Assembly (NCBI GenBank): GCA_951406725.2
Contig: OX597815.1
Coordinates: 163,742,001-163,806,000, forward strand
Origin: Octopus vulgaris
Taxonomy: Eukaryota
Length of the DNA stretch: 64,000 nucleotides
Direction: 5' to 3'
In this document: positions 58,128 to 64,000 of the stretch, in pieces
Position numbering within the stretch: the first letter of the stretch is position 1
How the letters are laid out: every line of letters begins with the position of its first letter
Made by a program: the position numbers and the translations under genes
The notes under the pieces: generated by a model
What the model was told of the DNA's origin: nothing
The model's input: the letters and a program-made list of their open reading frames with translations, nothing else
Databases searched by the model: none

Positions 58128-60150
58128 TATATCTTATATAAGCGCACCAGGGTTCTTTACTTGATTCGTTTCTTCTCTAGATGGAAGAAATAGTGGAGTT
58201 CCGAGCTAAATGCTTTATCGTAATTTTATTCTTGTTTATGCAGTCTAACTCTATATCCTCTGAATTTCCACATGAATTTCTCTCTCCAGGGTTGACCTAG
58301 TTACCACCAGTCATATTCTGAGTATCAAATCCGTTTATAATATACCTTGTCAATACCAGGATCTGTCTTCAATCGGAAGAAAGCAATCTATCTAAATTAT
58401 TTAAGGCGGTTCCATTTTATCGCATAATCATAGAAGAAAGGGTAGCAGACATGACTCCTTTATGGCTTTCGAGACTGCAAGGGCAAAAGAAAAGAAATAA
58501 CTGTAACTCATAGGTTATCCTTAAAATAATGACCTAGCTCGAATGTTTATAAAAGACTGGACTATAACTCACCTAAGAGTCAGACGTTGACTTTAAACCA
58601 GACCACAAATTAATTCAGAGAAAGTCGTATATATCTCGTGTAGTGATTATACAAGCCATTTCCCTTTCCTAATATCAATTAATGTACGTCCATTCTACTT
58701 GCGTGTGGTGCTAGATTTCTTAAGAATTAAATGACTGATAACGGTTTCATTTTGCTTTAAAATAAATGCAGGGTCTTATATATAGAGAAGGAAAGGGAAT
58801 TGATCTTTAAAAATTAGAGCGCTGGACACAGTAGAGACGGTTTTAAGTCCTTGGCTTAATGAAATTGTACGAAACTGATGTTTTAGTTCCTGGGAACAGC
58901 TATTTCCCGTCACTTTTAGAGCTAATAGACTAGTGAAAGGTCAAAATTGGCATGCGGACTACGAATTGCTATTTGATCTTCTATAATATATTCTGCATTA
59001 GCGCCTGTACAAGTAATCATGAAATAGAAAAATGTAAAATATTATCAAAATAAACAAATTCCCATGTTTTATGCGTAGCAACGTGTGATTCAAACACGAC
59101 AAATCCAAATCCTACGCCATTTTTCTTTTTGATAATTCACTAAACTGTAAAATTGGCTGAAAATCAAATCACAAAATGATATCATTTTTTTTTTTCAAAA
59201 TTGTTTCTTTTACAAAATCAATGATAGAAGCTATTGAGAAATAAAGCAGATTTTATAGAATTCCACCGAGTACTCTCTTTCCAATCTTCAAATTTTAAAA
59301 TAAACTTTTCACCTTTCCAGCTCGTCAGAAATTGACAAAGTCACATGTATACATTTTCTACTCAATTTCAAACATTTTTTTGAAGAACAAAAAAAAAATT
59401 CTAAAAGTTTAAATATTATTCAAATACAAATGTAATCTAAAAAATGGTTTCTTTTCACCAGTCACAAAGGTTCCATTTCCTCCGTGAACGTGAAGGGAAT
59501 TGCTTTCAGGATAAAATCGAAATCAAATCACAGACGTTAATGACCGATCTTAGCCTTATGTAATGCTAACACTCTACATAGACGTTCGATACACTAGCAT
59601 TGAAGCGTCAAACTACCCACTACCATTATAAAAAAAAAGAAAAAAAGAAGATTAGTATTTGATAATGTAATCATATATAAAGAACACAGATGGTCACGGC
59701 TAAAATTTATATGGTAACTGGCCAATTCAGTTATGGTTGTAGCTACACGACAGACGTATGACTTTCTAAACAATCTAATTAGACAGGAACATTATCAAGA
59801 AACTCGATATCTCTTATGTTGCATTTTTACCTGGTTCAATCGCACAAACATGATTTAAGTAAGCTATAACGATACGAATAAGCAATGCGTGTGTCTGTCT
59901 ATGAGCGCACGCGTGTGTAGAGTACCTTATGCGTTGAAATAGATGTACAACTACTACTATTAAATTTAGAGCTCCACGTAGATTATGCCTTTAGTATAGT
60001 GGTAAATTAACTACTATACTTAGTAGTATTATTAGTTATTATATACAGCGCAAATGTGGAACTTCTCATATGTGTGTGTGTGTGTGTGCTTCAATACATT
60101 ATATATGCATTTATACTTACAAACATACGTACATACATTATATATACATA

Positions 60151-60246
<96 letters not shown>

Positions 60247-60269
60247 GTATACATATGTATATATATACA

Positions 60270-60300
<31 letters not shown>

Positions 60301-60306
60301 GTATAT

Positions 60307-60726
60307 TCTCTTTTTACTCTTTACTCTTTACTCTTTTACTTGTTTCAGTCACTTGACTGCGGCCATGCTGGAGCACCGCCTTTAGTCGAGCAAATCGACC
60401 CCGGGACTTATTCTTTGTAAGCCCAGTACTTATTCTATCGGTCTCTTTCGCCGAACCGCTAAGTGACGGGGACGTAAACACACCAGCATCGGTTGTCAAG
60501 CAATGCTAGAGGGACAAACACAGACACACAAACACATATACACACATATATATATATGCATATATACGACAGGCTTCTTTCAGTTTCCGTCTACCAAATC
60601 CACTCACAAGGCATTGGTCGGCCCGGGGCTATAGCAGAAGACACTTGCCTAAGATGCCACGCAGTGGGACTGAACCCGGAACCATGTGGTTTGTTAGCAA
60701 GCTACTTACCACACAGCCACTCCTAC
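60307..60726 (-). mobile_element. SINE-C, full length
   Basis: Reverse complement of the 25501-25925 family. Confidence 0.9.
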
Positions 60727-60883
60727 ATATATTTATATGTATATATATATCTGTATATATTTACTGTTGTTCCTTGGAGGAAGGAAAATAGACGTACGCT
60801 GACTACTTTTGTAAGCGTTCTGTGTCCTTAAATTTTCAAACAGGGGAGATAAGCACCACCACCCAGCTAGCAAGCCAAGATAC

Positions 60884-60924
60884 TCCAGACTGATGAAGAG
60901 CTGACTCTGAAACTATTCTCTGGA
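60884..60924 (+). ncRNA. Minimal type I hammerhead ribozyme candidate
   Basis: UCCAGA-CUGAUGA-AGAG(CUGA)CUCU-GAAAC-UAU-UC-UCUGGA: perfect stems I and II and canonical core; stem III is degenerate. Confidence 0.6.
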
Positions 60925-61234
60925 ATTTAACTAGTCTCTTTGAATTAAATGAACATACCATTGATGCTCGCCTTTATCAGCATAACTTTTCCTTTAGTAA
61001 CCCGGCAAATTCGGCACAGCTTCACCAAAGTAGATATGCTTTCTGAAAAAGGCAACATGGAATACGTTTCTGGTCAATGATAGAATTTGCTCCATTATAC
61101 CAATATGGTAGTTTTCAACCAAATCTTACTTACAGTTGTTCCGGACTCAAAATAATGCATATCTCATTCTAACCTTCTGAAAGTTTAATATTAAGATATG
61201 AATTTAAACGTGCCTCCAAGTGACTCGTGTGTGT

Positions 61235-61267
<33 letters not shown>

Positions 61268-63060
61268 TCTAAAAATGTACTATACCGTAACTACTAAGAA
61301 ATTGTCGAAAGCAATTGGATCACGTAACAATTTGAGTTAATTTTTTGCCTCTATTCCGACAAAATTAACAATTTTCACAGACGTTTTTGTGTCTTTTTTT
61401 TTTGCTCATTAATATCTCTGCTGCACACATCACACAAATTTAATTAGATTTTGTTTTTATCTTTGTCCACAAACAATTTATATTTTCATCAATATACATG
61501 AAATTATATTCTATACACGCAATTTCGACACCCGCTTATCATTGTATTTTTATTTCATTCTTCTTCATGTTATTTCATCTTTATGGCTTTATGTAAATAG
61601 AAATCACTCCAAAGTTGTTGTTTTTTTATACTATCCAAACAAAATATACCACGTATTCAAATATTTGCTACTTGTTCTGTCTTATGCTGGTTTGTCATTG
61701 TTATGCACATCATACTCAATACAATAGCCTGAAGAACAAAGACATGAAACTCAGAATAATAATGTTAATATGTATGGGTAAATGTTTTAAATATATTTTA
61801 TTTTAATCCCCCAAAAAGTCATAACACAGGTCGATGATTAGTATATGTTCCCTGGCTTTTCAATATTTCAGTTTTGGGTAAAAAGTGTCGCCAGCTTATT
61901 TTCCCGCTCTATAATGTGTACAGAGCAGAGAAATCAACAGCCAACACGTTTTCTTTGTAAATGTCCTGAAGAAGGGGTTCTAACTCTGAAATAGTGCTAA
62001 CCATCAACTTCTATGATTAATGTTTATAACATGTGTTGTTTCAGATTTTTAAAAATATATTCAAGACATTTATAAATATCAGACAATACTCTGTGGAAAA
62101 CAAAAGTTATCAAACGTCCTTCCCGAGCGATAGACCCATAATGCAGGTTTCTCGGTTCTTGTGGTGTTTACATTCCTCATCTCTGTCACGGGATTACTCT
62201 TTTTACCATTTCAGTGGACAAGAGCAACTTCACGAAGTGTTTTCCTCAGGTACACAAATCATCACCAGGTCAAGGAATCGAAACCACAAACTTACGATCA
62301 TATTTTTTACACGCAATTTTTCTTTATTCTACATTCCACCCTTCATTTTTCCCTGTGCATATATAGACGTGTATATTGTATCTTTTGTGCGCACGTGTGA
62401 ATGTGTGCGTGTGTGAGGGTATGTGCGTATATAGATGTGTGCGTACGTGCGTGCATGCGAGTACGTGCGTATATAGACATATTTTACCCAGTGTTTTTTC
62501 ACATTTTCCCTTATTTTTGCCCTTAGCCCTGTTTTTTCTTGTGTATGCGCGCATATAGACGTATGTATGATTTTTTGTGCGTGCGTGTGTGTGTGCGTAT
62601 TTAGACGTGTGCGGGTAGGTGCGTATATAGGCGTGTGCGCGCGCGTGCATAAGGGTATGTGCGTATATAGACGTGGTTTTCTCTTTGCATACTCCCTTGT
62701 GCCTTTTTTCTGTATTGTTAACCTTAACCCTGTTTTTTGTTGTGCTTGCGCATATATAGATGTGTCTATGAACCTTTATGGTGCGCGTGCGTGTGTGTGG
62801 ATTTGTATGTATATACATATACATTTGGCGAAGGATGAGAGTGAGGGTGGATGAATGTATACTCTTAGGTGCCCACACGTGGGTGTGCGGGCGCACATGT
62901 GTAGGTATGAATAGGCACGCTTACGCGAATACTACTATGAGCTTTTTTACCCCCTTATTTTACTCCCTCTCCTTACTTAGCGGTCATTCGAATAGTTCTT
63001 TTGTCTTAATAACGGTCAATCACACAGTAATTTCCCTTTGTATAACGGTCATTTTTCATA

Positions 63061-63157
63061 GCATTTATCCGATGGCCGAATAACTGAAGAGATGGCTGCG
63101 TGGATTTCCACCTCGGAGTTTTATCATGGCTACCGGATAATTGTCACATATTACATT
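63061..63157 (+). mobile_element. Second copy of the hammerhead-bearing repeat, GAAA segment deleted
   Basis: Homologous to 15590-15700 (opposite strand) but lacks CATCCGAAACTCGG. Confidence 0.75.
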
Positions 63158-63179
63158 TATATATATATATATATATATA

Positions 63180-64000
63180 TAAGGTCTGATCGATAAGTAT
63201 CCGGACTGTTGCCATACTAACGAAGTTAATGCACGCAGAGAAAAGCTGCTTCGTACAGATTGACCTTGAACGCTGTTGTGCATGCGCACCACGTTTTAAC
63301 GTTCTACCTCACTCCTGCTGTTAACAGAAGTGCTTGGAAGGAAGGTATGTGGTGTGTAATCGTCGCATTGACCATGGCAAAGAATGTTGATAAGTTAATA
63401 CCTGCTCAGAGGCCTACGAAAAGTTGCAGAAAGTGTATGGAGAGGAGTGTTTGGGACGCATATAAGTGTACGAGTGGTTCAGACGTTTCGAAGCTGGCCA
63501 AAAAAATGCCGATATTGATGAGCGTTCTGGAAGACCCGCAAGCAGTAGAACTGAGAAAAACATCACAGATGTGCGTGCATCTGTGATGGGATATCGGTGA
63601 ATCCCCATCCGTGAGTTATCAGAGGATGTACAGATTAGTTACGATTCAGTTCAGTCCATTATCACTGAAGATTTGGGCATTATGCGTGTCTGTCTGCTAA
63701 GTTTGTACCAAAACTTTCAGCTGACCAAAAGTCACTCGGGTTTCAGTTGCACATGATCCCCTTGAGTATTTCGAGAACGATGAAAGCTTTTCAGAAACTT
63801 TGCTTCGGCCTCTGAGCAGGTATCGCCGAGCTTTTGGCAAAATATGATGCGGAATCCCTGCTCAATTTTGTCATGGTCATTGCAAGGATCACACGCTACA
63901 CAAGTTACATCCAAGCCCTGCTGTAAACAGCGAAACTAAGCTGGAACATTAAAACTTACTGCGCATGCACGGCAGAGTTCAAGGTCAATTTGTACCAAGT
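63180..64000. mobile_element. Mariner derivative made of two 5' halves in inverted orientation; runs off the window
   Basis: Plus strand SEAYEKLQKVYGEECLG..VYEWFRRF..DERSGRP; minus strand KIEQGFRIIFCQKLGDTCSEA; inverted match between ~63252-63288 and ~63960-63995. Confidence 0.8.

Overview
AT-rich, microsatellite-saturated eukaryotic non-coding DNA (intergenic or a very large intron). The SINE repertoire and repeat style point to an octopus or other cephalopod genome; this is inferred from recalled repeat families, not from a search. I find no supportable host gene, and nearly all supplied ORFs are translated microsatellites. The real coding remnants are all transposon-derived: two R4/Dong-like RLE retrotransposon 3' ends in an (AAT)n tract, a CR1-clade LINE inside (TA)n, an RTE fragment, several Tc1/mariner relics and a probable Chapaev-type fragment. 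There are also three tRNA-derived SINE families (called A, B and C here), four non-autonomous Helitrons, MITEs and hammerhead-ribozyme-like motifs. The main signals are: (1) a stack of TAA-repeat-specific elements at 18.3-21.9 kb, including a ~560-bp non-coding partner with fixed ends; (2) SINE-C sharing a 3' stem-loop tail with the CR1-like LINE; (3) one tRNA-Arg-like SINE head carrying three different tails; (4) a SINE-B variant whose 3' junction repeatedly falls on a GGTATTTC-like motif present in its own head.
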